A stretch of DNA of 63,687 bases, filler included, from Rhabdomonas costata (taxonomy: Eukaryota), in NCBI GenBank assembly GCA_019059605.1. It is 57 parts of 57 records of this genome, joined end to end, with 100 filler letters (N's around TTAATTAATTAA, not from the genome) between each part and the next. Parts side by side here need not be neighbours in the genome. Positions count along the whole stretch, not along the records: positions 11,199 to 12,217 come from JAHMHO010033211.1; positions 12,318 to 13,336 come from JAHMHO010033212.1; positions 13,437 to 14,455 come from JAHMHO010033213.1; positions 14,556 to 15,574 come from JAHMHO010033214.1; positions 15,675 to 16,691 come from JAHMHO010033215.1; positions 16,792 to 17,810 come from JAHMHO010033216.1; positions 17,911 to 18,940 come from JAHMHO010033217.1; positions 19,041 to 20,059 come from JAHMHO010033218.1; 49 more parts are not named here. One strand, written 5' to 3'. The position numbers and the translations under genes were made by a program. Positions 12,198 to 24,535 of this stretch are shown piece after piece; position 1 is the stretch's first letter; every line of letters starts with the position of its first letter. The notes beneath the pieces were generated by a model. The model was not told the DNA's origin. It saw only the letters and a program-made list of their open reading frames with translations, and searched no databases.

Positions 12198-12599
12198 GGC
12201 CTTCAAACCCAACCCAGNNNNNNNNNNNNNNNNNNNNNNNNNNNNNNNNNNNNNNNNNNNNTTAATTAATTAANNNNNNNNNNNNNNNNNNNNNNNNNNN
12301 NNNNNNNNNNNNNNNNNGTGGTGTTGGGAAAGAAAACGTTGCTGGAACGTTGCGGACAACCTAGATTTACGCGGTAAACCTCAGGTAGTATTCCTGAGAT
12401 TCGTTCCTGCGATCATGTGAATGTGAAGTTGGTGTTATGTTTTTTTGCTTGTCGTTTGAGATGATGGTGGTTCTGAGGCGCGGCCACACTAAACGGCCGG
12501 AGGCCTCAAAATAAAATGCCACTGGCGAACAGCAGCGGCGTGCGCTGAAAAGTGAGGGAACCAGTTCATTATGGGTTTTTTTTACTGCCGATTCTGCAG

Positions 12600-12736
12600 T
12601 GCTGCTGGACGGGAAGCCTGTGAAGGCTCTGGAATCCACGGACATACTGTTGCTGCCCTCTGAGGCCATGGCGTGGGCCGTGGCCCACGAATGGGCGGAG
12701 CAGAGCGGGCACCTCAATAAGCTGCTGATGCCCATG
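12600..12736 (+). CDS. ATP12: Mitochondrial F1-ATPase assembly factor ATP12, internal exon
   Basis: ctgcag|..LLDGKPVKALESTDILLLPSEAMAWAVAHEWAEQSGHLNKLLMPM|gttctt matches the LDG..K....L.LP...A..VA.EW..Q.......MP motif. Confidence 0.88.
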
Positions 12737-12913
12737 GTTCTTTATGCTTTTGGCGCAACCTTTGGATACTTTGCTGCTCTCTCTTTGCTGCTCTCACCAT
12801 TCGTGGGAAGTCATGTCCAAACGCTGTGTTTTATTGGAACCTGCGTGCCTGGCTGCATTGCATGATCGCTCTTTCTCGACAAGGCCTCTGCCGTGCCTTT
12901 GTGAACGTCTGAT

Positions 12914-13315
12914 AAAGCTCGATTTTTAAATGCCCTATCACAGTAAAAAAGGGTCAATAATTCAATATCGGTTTGCTTCTCCGTCACCGGAACTCCTCTT
13001 AGACGAGACGTAACCTCAACTATTTTTGTTTCGTCGCCGCACTCGTAATTTGCTTCTTTTCTTTTCAACAATTTTGGCCTAGAAACCACTGTTTTACTAA
13101 TTAACATCGGCCTTTTTATCTTTTTAGAAAAAGGCCGATTTAGGCACTTTTGCGGTTTCTGTGCAAAGCATACGCGCCCCCCTTTCCCCATGTAGTCAAT
13201 GTTTCACAGTGGGGCTCCCAGCCTACCATAAAAGTCAACATTGACCCAATGGGGGAGAGAGGGGTTCGAGTTGGGGAATTATTGACCCTAAAAGCGCATT
13301 TTAAAATCGAGCTTT
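12914..13315. mobile_element. Putative MITE-like fold-back element in the ATP12 intron
   Basis: 12914-12963 (aaagctcgatttttaaatgc..gggtcaataattc) is an imperfect inverted copy of 13276-13315 (gaattattgaccc..gcattttaaaatcgagcttt); central hairpin at ~13108-13139. Confidence 0.5.
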
Positions 13316-14203
13316 TAGGGTCAATAATTCCCCAACNNNNNNNNNNNNNNNNNNNNNNNNNNNNNNNNNNNNNNNNNNNNTTAATTAATTAANNNNNNNN
13401 NNNNNNNNNNNNNNNNNNNNNNNNNNNNNNNNNNNNGTGGATGAGATGTGAGGAAAGGGGGTGGAAACGAGGCGAGAAAAAGGGGTGAGGCGAAAAGGAC
13501 GTAAAAGCAAAGAAAAGGCACAGAAAAGCTCCGGCGGGGCAGTGACACAAGATGCTGCGAAAGATATGGGGGTTAAAACACAACAGGCCCAAAACGCAAC
13601 ACATCGTGCCCATCTCAGCAGACAAACAAGCAAGCAGGCAACGTTTTCCTCAAAACAGAAAAGTTATCTTCAGAATCACCCTCGCAGTTCTGGCTCTCAA
13701 TGCTACTTCTGTTAGCAGGAGGGCAAGCTAAGGGCAGCACCGCTGGGCAGATTTTCGGGGACAAATACCCTCCGTCGGAAAAGGAAGGAAGACAGGGAAG
13801 GAAGGGGAGGGAAGCACACCCCATATAAGGGTCCACTTTGGCGAAAAAAAAACCTGCCTAAACTGGTTTTCCGTAAAGCTGAAAGTATTTCAGAAAAATA
13901 TAACTGAATCCCAATGTGCGTAGTTCTGGCGACAATGAACAGCCATCACAAATCTTTCTTCTGAGGGTCCTCCCTTGGGGCTAAAACCCCAGCCCGTTCA
14001 CTCAACCGGCTCAGTCCACAAACCCCCAAAAAAATAGCTAGTCAGCTTTTAAAACCTTTACATTTAACGTGATGGCCATGAGGTGAGAATCGTGGAACTC
14101 CACCTCCCCCCCACACACACACTCCCTCTCCCACCCACTCCAGCTGGACCGCCGGGGAGTGACCGACGTATGGGTGCCCCCCTGGGGGTGTAGGGGGGTA
14201 GGT

Positions 14204-14299
14204 AAGTGGAGCATGCGAGCTACCGAGCATGCGACTCTTCTTGCATCTTAGTGGAGCATGCGAGTACCCGAGCATGCGACTCTTCTTGCATCCAAGTGG
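14204..14299. repeat. 45-bp tandem duplication
   Basis: agtggagcatgcgag..ccgagcatgcgactcttcttgcatc occurs twice with few mismatches. Confidence 0.9.
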
Positions 14300-14555
14300 C
14301 CCCTGCACTAATGCTGTCCCAATTGTCCAAACGCACAGCAACAAGCTCCCTACCAACACTAATAACCAACCAAAACAGCTCCGAAAAGCCACAATAACGT
14401 TTTTCAATTTCTCATCCCATGACCACAGAAGGGGTGTTGTCATAACCAACACCACNNNNNNNNNNNNNNNNNNNNNNNNNNNNNNNNNNNNNNNNNNNNT
14501 TAATTAATTAANNNNNNNNNNNNNNNNNNNNNNNNNNNNNNNNNNNNNNNNNNNN

Positions 14556-15574
14556 GCACGTCTTGGCCCCCGAGCTGGCAGCTCGTCCACTTTAGTTAGA
14601 GTGGGGCTCTGAACGATTTTTCCGGCTGTTCCAGGCTGCAACCAGCACGGGTGACTTTCTCTGCGCGCTTGGCCCAAGCACCGCTGCGGTTACCTTCAAC
14701 ACTCACCCTCGGGGTCGGCGTCGCGACGCAGGGTCTATGACTACGTGGTCTCGAAGTGCGAGGGGGGGGGGCAAGACTAATTATTACGGCCGGAAAACGT
14801 AAGCTTTCCTAGCAATACGCCATTATTGTCAGATCGGACCACACTGGATACCTGATCTTGCACCCCCTCTCTTCCCATTTTCTGGATCACGAATGATGTC
14901 CACCTCTTTCTCTCTCAATTTTGCAAGGCTGCGGAGGCTCCTGTGGGACTTGCACCTCGGGGACCTGCAACACCACCACCGGGCAGTGCGTTGCCACCTG
15001 TGTTCCCTCGTGCACCGGAAAGCAATGTGGCAGTGATGGTGAGCTTCTGCGTTTATTCTTTTTGCTCAAGGCTTCTCCACCCTCCTCTTAGACGCTAGTG
15101 CATTTATGCCCCCTCCCCCCTCCGTGGGGTGGGTCCACCCTGTTTGGGCTGTGAACGAGAGGTTTTATGGGCCGGAGAGTGGATTGGGTTAGGAGGTGAT
15201 GCAGGGGTCTCCTGGGATTTTAGTATTGGAATTTTTAGGGGGTTAGGTGGCGATGCACGGTTCCCCGGATCACGATAGGAGCTTTTGCAGGTGGTTAGGT
15301 GTATCTGTGCGTGAGCTTGGTTGTGAGTTTCAAGCCGAAAATTTGTCGACTTGTTGTGGATGTGCCTGTGACGTCCTTCGCCATCCTTAAAACTCCGGAG
15401 ACGTATACTTCCTGTCTGTGTGTTATTTCTGAGTTGGGGCCACCAATGCACGTCTTGGCCCCCGAGCTGGCAGCTCGTCCACTTTAGTTAGAGTGGGGCT
15501 CTGAACGATTTTTCCGGCTGTTCCAGGCTGCAACCAGCACGGGTGACTTTCTCTGCGCGCTTGGCCCAAGCACC
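14556..15574. repeat. Self-overlapping contig: 892-bp unit plus a 127-bp exact terminal direct repeat (collapsed tandem array or circle)
   Basis: 14556-14682 is identical to 15448-15574 (127 bp, typical of a k=127 graph loop). Confidence 0.93.
14928..15038 (+). CDS. 111-nt symmetric phase-1 exon encoding a 37-aa 8-Cys module (GCGGSCGTCTSGTCNTTTGQCVATCVPSCTGKQCGSD)
   Basis: Pyrimidine tract plus ttgcaag| acceptor and |gtgagc donor; the last G plus the first GC rebuild Gly, so the exon splices in frame to itself. Confidence 0.85.
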
Positions 15575-15841
15575 NNNNNNNNNNNNNNNNNNNNNNNNNN
15601 NNNNNNNNNNNNNNNNNNTTAATTAATTAANNNNNNNNNNNNNNNNNNNNNNNNNNNNNNNNNNNNNNNNNNNNGAGACTTGAACATCTTCTCGAGCCCG
15701 AACCGCCCAGGGGCATGCTGGATTATAACACCGGGTCTGCGAGTTGAGAAAGCAAAATACCTGGGATGTCAGTTGGTGACTGAGCAAGGAAAAGCTTGGG
15801 AAGTCGAGGTAGCACATGTGGATGGGCACTCCGAAGCGAAG

Positions 15842-15845
<4 letters not shown>

Positions 15846-15881
<36 letters not shown>

Positions 15882-15981
15882 AGAAGGAGAATGACAAAGA
15901 GCCCACTGGAACCCCGACGAGGACGGGGACGAGATGGACATGGAGGAAGCGAGGCGAGAGAGACAGAGAGAGAGAGAGAGA
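15846..15981. repeat. (GA)n microsatellites
   Basis: Two GA runs seen directly. Confidence 0.9.
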
Positions 15982-18857
15982 GGGCACAGGGAGAAAGCCA
16001 GAGAGTCCAGACAGGACACCATAGACACCATCGACACCATCGAGGATGAGGACGAGATGGCCCATGGAGAATGGAGGCAGAGAAGGAGAGCAGAGCAGAG
16101 GGGAAACTACAAAGAGCCCAGCGGATCACCAGCAAGGGCAAGAATGAGATGGCCATGGAGGAAGGGAGGCAGAGTGAGCAGAAGGGGAATGTTCAAGAGC
16201 CCACGGGTTTATCAACGAGGACGAGGACGAGATGGCCAAGCACACGAGACAGCGCGAGTGGACCGCAACACAGGAAGCGACCGCGACGCAAGCCGTCCCT
16301 GCGGACGTAAAAGGGGAAACCTGGCGGAGAAGGGAGGCCCGACAAGTCTCCCCGATCGACACCACCAGATCCGAGACACCAAGTCACCAAGAATCAAATA
16401 GAGATTGCCCAAACGGCGTCCAGTCGTGAGGGCAGGGCCCAGCAGAACCCAGAGCGAGACAGACGTCATGCACCACCCCCGATGAATGACGGCCGACGCC
16501 TGAATTGCGCGGGGGAGACGAGTTGGCAAGCAAATCGGAGAGAGCCCCACAAGTCAGGCGGAGATCAGAGTCAGAGAAAAGCATTGGGAATGGCTGGAAT
16601 GGACTGAGGAGCGAGAAATGGTAAGAGCAAAGAAGACAACGGTGGGAAACCGTGGAGATCAATACGGGCAAGAATGGACCCACCCCCAACANNNNNNNNN
16701 NNNNNNNNNNNNNNNNNNNNNNNNNNNNNNNNNNNTTAATTAATTAANNNNNNNNNNNNNNNNNNNNNNNNNNNNNNNNNNNNNNNNNNNNTTTGTTTTG
16801 TGGCTATGGAACTACCGCGTAACACAACATAAGTGATTGATATTGTGTAGTCCCCTTAGATATGCTACATTATCACTAATGGCTAGTGAATGTGTTGTTC
16901 TAGCACCACAACCGCCCTGATACCACCACCGTGGAGCAATGTAATAATGTCACCACAAGCACAGTTCTCCTTACCCTAAATGACTCCACATCACCAAAAC
17001 AAAAACACTGGAGGTATTGATAGGTACGATTGCGAAAACTGTAAACCTAATCCAACACCTGGAAGTAGCACACACACACGTATAAAAAGCATAGCTTTTC
17101 TTTTGTAACCCCCGTGCATTGCTCACTAACCAGTGTAAATTGCGGTGGGCTCCTCCACCAGTACCCGCGCAGATGTACCGCTGGGGAGCGTGTATGGCGA
17201 CCTAAACCTGTGCAAATCTTCTATTATCATAAAGCGTCAACATCCTCTAAATCTCTGGTGGAGTAAAATAGGAAAGCTGTGCAGTATAAAACTATTAAAA
17301 TGGCAACACACTCTGCGTTCCTTTGTACTGTACATCCATGTACCATGTTTTTGTGTCTCTGGATACATGTTGGCATAAGCGTTTAAGCACCTGAACTTGA
17401 CCAACCTGTGGCATTCATGCATAACATTAGCTCAGCAGTTTCTATTTGCCTTTCAAGCAGTACCCCACACTTCATTTCCTTGTATACTTTGTGTGACTTC
17501 AGCTTAGTCGTGTTTAATTTCCTAGATAGTAGCCGTACTCAGGTAGTACATCTTGCTTGTTAACACAGTCCTCCTATGTACACTATCCATTCACCTCCAC
17601 TCCGCTTGAAGATCAACCAGACAAACCAGACACAACACCTTTTTCCAGAATTATATGCAACCACGAAACACATTGATATGATGAAATACCGCATGGTTGG
17701 CAAAGAGGCGTTTCTGTTTCCAACACCGCACCAAACAACTGTCCTCTACCAACCAATCGACATACACAGAGACATACACGCTCAACACCACTAAACCTAA
17801 CCCAAACACCNNNNNNNNNNNNNNNNNNNNNNNNNNNNNNNNNNNNNNNNNNNNTTAATTAATTAANNNNNNNNNNNNNNNNNNNNNNNNNNNNNNNNNN
17901 NNNNNNNNNNGTGGTTTTGTGAGCTCCACCCTCGCAATAGGTTCTTAAGCACCAAAAGCCGTGTCTGAACAACCCTGCCTTCAAAAGAGCTATGCTAGCC
18001 ATCGTTTCGCACACACAGAGAGAGCGAGAGACAGAAAAATTCATACTCAAACATGCACAGGGAGTGCAGCCAGGCGTACAACATCGCCGACAGCGGGATA
18101 CCTGTGAAAAAAAATACAGATCCAGCCTGCGGTGGGAGGTATTTGTCACGTCGGCGGCTGCTTTCAACCCAATGCTTGCTTGCGACTTCAACCGAATGAG
18201 ACAGGCGGAGACAGAAACTACTGCGGCCAAAACACCCTTTCAGTGAACCCTGCAACGTTGCTAAGCTTTCATGACCCAGGGAGTTGAACACCCGGAGATG
18301 CCTGCGCTAAGTGCATTAAAATCTGAGGTATTCGAACGAAAGGAAGCGTTCCCTTGTTCTCCGAAACTTCGTAAGAGCTGAAAATTCCAGTGCTCATTCC
18401 AGTGCTCAAGGTATCCTTTCTGTTGGGTATTAAGGCAACACACAAGCCGGCTACCAAAAGTGATCAAGTTGGGTCAAGAAGGTAGGTCAGAAATGCAACA
18501 CGGAGCACCCGACTTGTGCAAGCGAGTGCGCTGGGAAAGGAAGGTGCGGGGGGGGGGTCAGTGTGAAAGGGAAGTGATCGACCCGCGGGGAGGAACCCCA
18601 CCACAGTCATCTCCAAAAGAAAAACCCCCAGGAGCACGGCCTGGTAGAGTGCCGCACTGCACTGCCGCAGAAATCTGAGGGCCGAATGTGTGTGAACCCT
18701 CACCCCCCAGCCTCAAACTGACCAACGTGTGGGAGGCTACGCAGTTTGCGCGTTGCCGGATTGGGAAGAGAGGACGCCCGTCTTTTCAGCGGTCGTGGGT
18801 GCGCCATTCGCATTTTTGCAATCGCTAAATTAAAATAGGCGAGAATTGGTCAGTACT

Positions 18858-18858
18858 C

Positions 18859-18940
<82 letters not shown>
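18858..18940. repeat. (CAA)n microsatellite at contig end
   Basis: Seen directly. Confidence 0.98.
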
Positions 18941-19075
18941 NNNNNNNNNNNNNNNNNNNNNNNNNNNNNNNNNNNNNNNNNNNNTTAATTAATTAANNNN
19001 NNNNNNNNNNNNNNNNNNNNNNNNNNNNNNNNNNNNNNNNGTGTTGGGTGTGGTTGGGGGGGGGGTGAATGCAGC

Positions 19076-19860
19076 CTTTGGCCCAGTTCGTTGAGCAGTG
19101 CCCGGGCATGCTGGCCCAGAAGGGCCAGGAAACGATCCATCAGCTCAAAGTGAAACTGCTGCAGCACTGTTAGCACTCCCGCAATGAAGGGGAAACCTGA
19201 GGGTGAAAAGCGCAGCAGAGAGGGGGAGGGAATCCATTACTACCATGCAAAAACCATATGAAGACACTAAATTGACTGTAAAAAAAACTTCCAGCAAAAG
19301 GGCACATCCGCACACCGTCAATCGTTCCATCCTTCTTCACAGCCTCCAACGTGTCTGATAAAAGCGCGAGCGAGCGAGCGAGCGAGAGGATCGGAAGCAC
19401 CACATCAGGCAGAGATTCCATCCGTGGAGACGGACTCATGGGCTTTGCCGAGACGATTACACTTGACTTAAAAGTGGTGCTTTGCAGCACACCTTCCGCC
19501 CATGAAATATTCCACGGCTACTTTCACGCCTTTAATCCAGCTGTGGTCGACGTTTGTGAACACCACCCTTCCACCCACATACACATACACACAAATGCAC
19601 CGGGGACGGGGACGGGGACGGTTGCACCTGTGGGCGATTTTATGGAGGTGTGCGCTTGAAAGAACCTGTCACCTTGTGACAATTCAGCAACTAAAACCTT
19701 AGACTTAGGGGCATTGCTCACTGCTTACCATCCTTCGGACGCCATTCCTCGCCTTCTCACCTGTGCTTGCATTGTAGGCCAGCCGGCCATTCAATTGAGC
19801 CAGCACAAACAGCATCAGCACAAGTGGTGCCTGGGGAATCATCGCTGTGGTGACGTAGAC
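19076..19860 (-). CDS. WASHC5: Strumpellin (WASH complex subunit 5), C-terminal part; exons 19860-19761, 19354-19316, 19196-~19076
   Basis: Spliced: VYVTTAMIPQAPLVLMLFVLAQLNGRLAYNAST-DTLEAVKKDGTID-GFPFIAGVLTVLQQFHFELMDRFLALLGQ. It parallels the strumpellin C-terminal pattern as I recall it (KIYITT..FLF.IAQL.KL.Y...D..P...G..TLLKQFH......FLAL.GQ); splice phases agree. Confidence 0.88.
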
Positions 19861-20967
19861 CTTCCCAAACGGCCTTAGGAAAAAGAGAATCACAAGACGT
19901 AGGAGCAGCCCTTGAGCAGAAGGAGGGGCACTGCCGTTGCTTATCTACTGAGGCAAGAAAATGTCACCTCAGCGTAAAAACTGGAAACTTAGCGAATCCC
20001 CTTCTCTTCCCTTTATTCCCTTTTGGCCCTTTTCCCAACCCCCCCCAAACACACCACACNNNNNNNNNNNNNNNNNNNNNNNNNNNNNNNNNNNNNNNNN
20101 NNNTTAATTAATTAANNNNNNNNNNNNNNNNNNNNNNNNNNNNNNNNNNNNNNNNNNNNTTTGTGGGTTGCTGCTCCGCGATGACTTCGAATGAGAGGAC
20201 GAGCCGGAACCCATCGCGGAGCAGCAACCAAAAGGTCAGATAAAATAGCCAACTGAAAGGGAAAAAAATCGAATTATCAGAAGTAACCGAAGAGTTGAAG
20301 AGCTGTAAACTGGCCGAAAAAGCCCAGCACCCCCACATTGCAGAGCTAAAGAAGTCCCAGAAAAAAGTTGTTTCTTGAATCACCTGTCGCAATGATTTAC
20401 TTCCTAAAATGGAAGCGTTTTCAGTGAAGTTTCGTCTATTATTAAGTCGGAGGGATCGGGGGTGGGGGGATGAGTTTGGTGCTGTGCATCGCCTGAGTCT
20501 GAACGTGTGTCATGCATATTCACACAACACGTATCAGCCGCACGTCAAAACAAACAGCACGCCTATTTCTGGACCGAAACACAGCACATCAAGCAGGAAG
20601 CAGAAGCCAGTGCGGAAGGTGATGCAGAATACCTCCCTCATAGGCTTCTGCCTCCTCTTATCAGCGACCATCACTGCCACTACGAAGCTAGGAGTCTTCT
20701 TCGGGTGTGCGGAGCGCAAAGGTCAAATACATTATCGTGCCAAAAACAACCATCTTTGGTGCCCAGAGCGCAGCAGGCACGACGTCATCGAGATCTCATT
20801 AGCGATCACTTTTCTCATACCCATCGCAATAATGCCGAAAACGGGCATACCCCGACCGACTCAGCCCGCACAAGGGAGCAAGTCTCACACTGGTGAAAAG
20901 CTGAGCTCCAATTTCTGAAGGTCACACTGCGAAGTGTAGAGTTCGATTGAGAAAGGCGTGAAGTAGG

Positions 20968-21170
20968 TCACTCCACGAGGCCCTCCTCTCGCCACGTGAC
21001 CTCCACCTCATCGGTGCGGAAGCGCTGCGTCACTGTGGACTGCGCCAGTTCTGTCCTGTGGCCATGGCGGTACTGCAGCAACCCCGTCCACGCAATCATC
21101 GCACCGTTGTCCACACAATATCGGTCGTCCATGTCGAAGCAGCGTCCTCCGCGCAGCTCGCACATTTGCC
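20968..21170 (-). CDS. KAE1: tRNA t6A threonylcarbamoyltransferase KAE1/OSGEP, last exon
   Basis: [21 protein letters not shown]...[17 protein letters not shown] is the canonical Kae1 C-terminus; ends at TGA. Confidence 0.96.
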
Positions 21171-22679
21171 ACACCACCNNNNNNNNNNNNNNNNNNNNNN
21201 NNNNNNNNNNNNNNNNNNNNNNTTAATTAATTAANNNNNNNNNNNNNNNNNNNNNNNNNNNNNNNNNNNNNNNNNNNNGGTGGGTTGGCAGGCGCTTTTC
21301 GTCTTCTCAGTTGGTTATCAAGTAGCGATAGAAGTTTTCTATGGCAGTCCTGTGATGCTACAGCTGTTTTATACTAATGAATGCGGACTTCATTGGACAG
21401 GACCGGTAGAAAGATATGATTTTGTTAAGTTGCCTAGAAATTTGCTGGCACGCGGTTTGCGCATAAACAAGGAGAAGTGCTAGGTGTACTCCATCGGTAG
21501 TAACCAGCTGTACAGAGCATTTTCTGATGTTCCAATTGAAAATTGCTATGAAAAATGGTCTTATCTAAGCTTTTCACTTATTGAACAGTCCATTAGTGCA
21601 TTATACGTGACTATTAGCCGCATTGAGGCGGTTAATAATGGCGATGAGCAACTTGCTACGTAGAATCAAGCACTCCAAATCATGCGCTTCTTACCTGGCG
21701 CATGCAGTATTGAATTCCTACTGCAGACGCTGCACTCATCATCAGTGGTCCAACAAATCGTTTACTCCTGAGAAACTGGACTACACAAAGGTTTCTCCGT
21801 GGTGCGTGGTGTTGATTCTCGTCAATGTCCCCATTTGAATCTGCGGTCTTGGCGAGATCACGTTTGCGGCTTGTCTGGCAATGAAACAATTGAATAGGAG
21901 CTAATGCTATGTAAGTGGAGCAGATGACACGAAGAGCCATGTCACTACATAAAAAACAGCTTGGTGGTTCCATCACTTGTGCTCTAAAACATTGGAAGTA
22001 CATTGCAGGCAGAGACACATCTACATGCTCACACTTGAATGGAAGTTGTTGCATATGGCACTGTTCACCACTAGCGGCTCAACGCTCTGTAAACACCACA
22101 TGCAACATCATCTACAGCATTTTGTGGCCAACACATTTGGTGCGTTTGGTGCGCTGCACTATTCCGCCGGTGAATTCATCTTCTCGATCGTCGCCAAGAA
22201 GAGGCTCTTCCACAAATACTGGACGTGCCGTGTGGATTGCAGTATCATGTTCAGCACGTTCAGCCTGCCAAGCATCAGACAAATCATAACAAACAACNNN
22301 NNNNNNNNNNNNNNNNNNNNNNNNNNNNNNNNNNNNNNNNNTTAATTAATTAANNNNNNNNNNNNNNNNNNNNNNNNNNNNNNNNNNNNNNNNNNNNGGG
22401 TTTTGTGGGAATTGACCAGCACGTTTCCAGCCGCCTTCCTCTTGGGAGAAAGGATCGCCTCCTGATGGTTCGCAAACGAGGTTTTGTTTGTTCTTGTTCC
22501 CGGAATTTGGGCTTCCACTCAGATCTTCCGCGCGGTAGCACACTACTTGTTTATCGTTCCGGTTCCGGGGCCGGGAAGAGTGGCTGGCTCACATTGTCTT
22601 CACTCAAAACGTGGGAAGACCTTTCTAACCAAAAAATTGGACAATTTGGCAGATTCTCGCAAAGCCCGGGTGAGAGGGG

Positions 22680-22911
22680 CATACATCCGCCCAAAGGTGA
22701 GCGGAGGGTAGTTGTTGTAGGAAGGCCGGGTCGGGTTGGCAGGTGCGGCGGAGTCCGTGATGGTAACGGTGAGGACAAAGCCATAGCTCTGGGCCCTGAC
22801 CAGGGCTGCGTACAGAAACTGCAGGGTGGTCAACGCTGCCGCGGCGGAGCTCCCCTTCGTGGTCAGATACACCACGACCGAACCGCACTGCCAATACGTG
22901 ACCGTCATGGC
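22680..22911 (-). CDS. Exon of a probable extracellular protein (SEA-like GSVVV strand)
   Basis: ctccag|AMTVTYWQCGSVVVYLTT..; GC-rich open frame between pyrimidine tract and GT. Confidence 0.35.
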
Positions 22912-23699
22912 CTGGAGAGAAAGGCACCGCAAACACACCCACCTACCCACCCACTTTTGGAGTTGAAGTTGGGGAGAATTTCAGAAAAGGACAAGAAAGC
23001 AGCAGAACATCAACAGATACACACACACACACACACACAGCTAGACACTTGAGAGAGAAAGAGACGCTGTGCGCTTACGGCGTCCGGGAACCCTTCAGAA
23101 CGTGCAAAGGACCCATTCTCTTTTGCCATAACGCGAGCCAATGAATGAGACCGCACATATTCGCGCTCACTTTCTTTCTCAAAGCACAAGCCCGATCTAA
23201 AGCCAGTGCAAAAACAAAAGGTCCTGCCAAGCCTGTATAAAGGCAGCAAGAGCCCCAAAACACCCCCAAATTGGCCCTTAAATGTATTCTAGCGTGGCGC
23301 TAAAGAATTCCGGCCCACTCCGGTGCCAGCATGAAGCACTGGGTGGTGACAGCGAACGCGCCAGAAAGGACTGCTGTGTGCCGAAGGCACTCACTCACTC
23401 ACCACACACACCACACNNNNNNNNNNNNNNNNNNNNNNNNNNNNNNNNNNNNNNNNNNNNTTAATTAATTAANNNNNNNNNNNNNNNNNNNNNNNNNNNN
23501 NNNNNNNNNNNNNNNNTTGTGGGTCGAAGAGCTTTGCTTGGAGTCTAGCAGGGGAGCAGTGCGGAGCGGAGGGGGCGAAAAGACGTGTTGAGAGCAGACC
23601 CTTTGTTTGCCCCTTTGTTCACCTACGTTGCCGTTTGAAAAGATGGACCCAGAGGGGGACGGGTTCTTGGAGAACTTGAAGGACCCGCCGCCGCCTCAA

Positions 23700-24535
23700 C
23701 CCTTGCTTTTCTTGCCAATGGTTGTGGGACAGAGAGCGCTCCTGGATTCGTGGGCGGCAGACTCTTTTGTGAGTTTGGATGTGATGAGGGAGTTGTGGTT
23801 GCAGCAATTTCCTTTGAAGCAACCTATGACGGTTAGAGTGGCCAATGGTGAAGGGATGGCTGTGACGCATTTTGTCAGGTCGGTGTGGAGGCTTGCGCCA
23901 ATGCCTGTCAGTAGTGCCTGAGAGTAATAAATACTACTATTCCCATTGCGTTGGGCTACCCGTCCTTAATGCGGGTGCAGCCGTTTGTGGCCTGGAAGAG
24001 GCAATTGTTCAGAGTGGAGCGGAAATGGAAAGTCTTTGAGATACGGGCACTCTCAGCGGCAGAGTCGTTTCGTATAAACTGACCTCCAGTAAAAAGCAGT
24101 ACAGTTGTGAGAGGTGCAGTCTTGGCAACACTGGGGGAGAAAGTTTCAGCTTTGGAAGGGGAAAAAGACGAGACGAAAGACTCTTCGGTGTGAGGTGCAT
24201 CACGTACCGCCTGAGATACTGGAGCTGAACAAGGAGTTTGCCAATCTCTTTCCAGAGTAGTTGCCAGTGGGGCTCCACATTTTGAGACCAACGGACCATA
24301 GGATCCATTTACTGAAAGAGAGTAAGGCCCTCGCGCAGAGACTGTACCGGATGTCACCAGCGAAAGATCAGGAGCTGATGAAGCAGCTTAAGTCGCTGCA
24401 GGACTTGGGTTTCATCGAGCCTGCGACATCGCAGTTTGTGGCGGTAGTGTTGTTTGTTCCTAAAGCGAACGGGAAGCTGAGGCTGTGCGTGGAATACCTC
24501 CCGCTGAATGCAATCACGGTGACGGAATCGTACCC
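23700..24535 (+). mobile_element. Decayed Ty3/gypsy LTR retrotransposon pol (aspartic protease to start of RT)
   Basis: RALLDSWAADSFVS (from LLDSGA), VRVANG, DHRIHL, LYRMSP..QL..L...GFIEP..S....VLFVPK.NGKLRLCVEY..LN.IT; contains frameshifts and stops. Confidence 0.92.

Noticed and set aside
14556-15574. Mitochondrial minicircle or plasmid
   Set aside because: Contains a spliceosomal-type exon of nuclear character; no recognisable conserved sequence block, gRNA cassette or rep gene. A tandem array is simpler, though a circle is not formally excluded.
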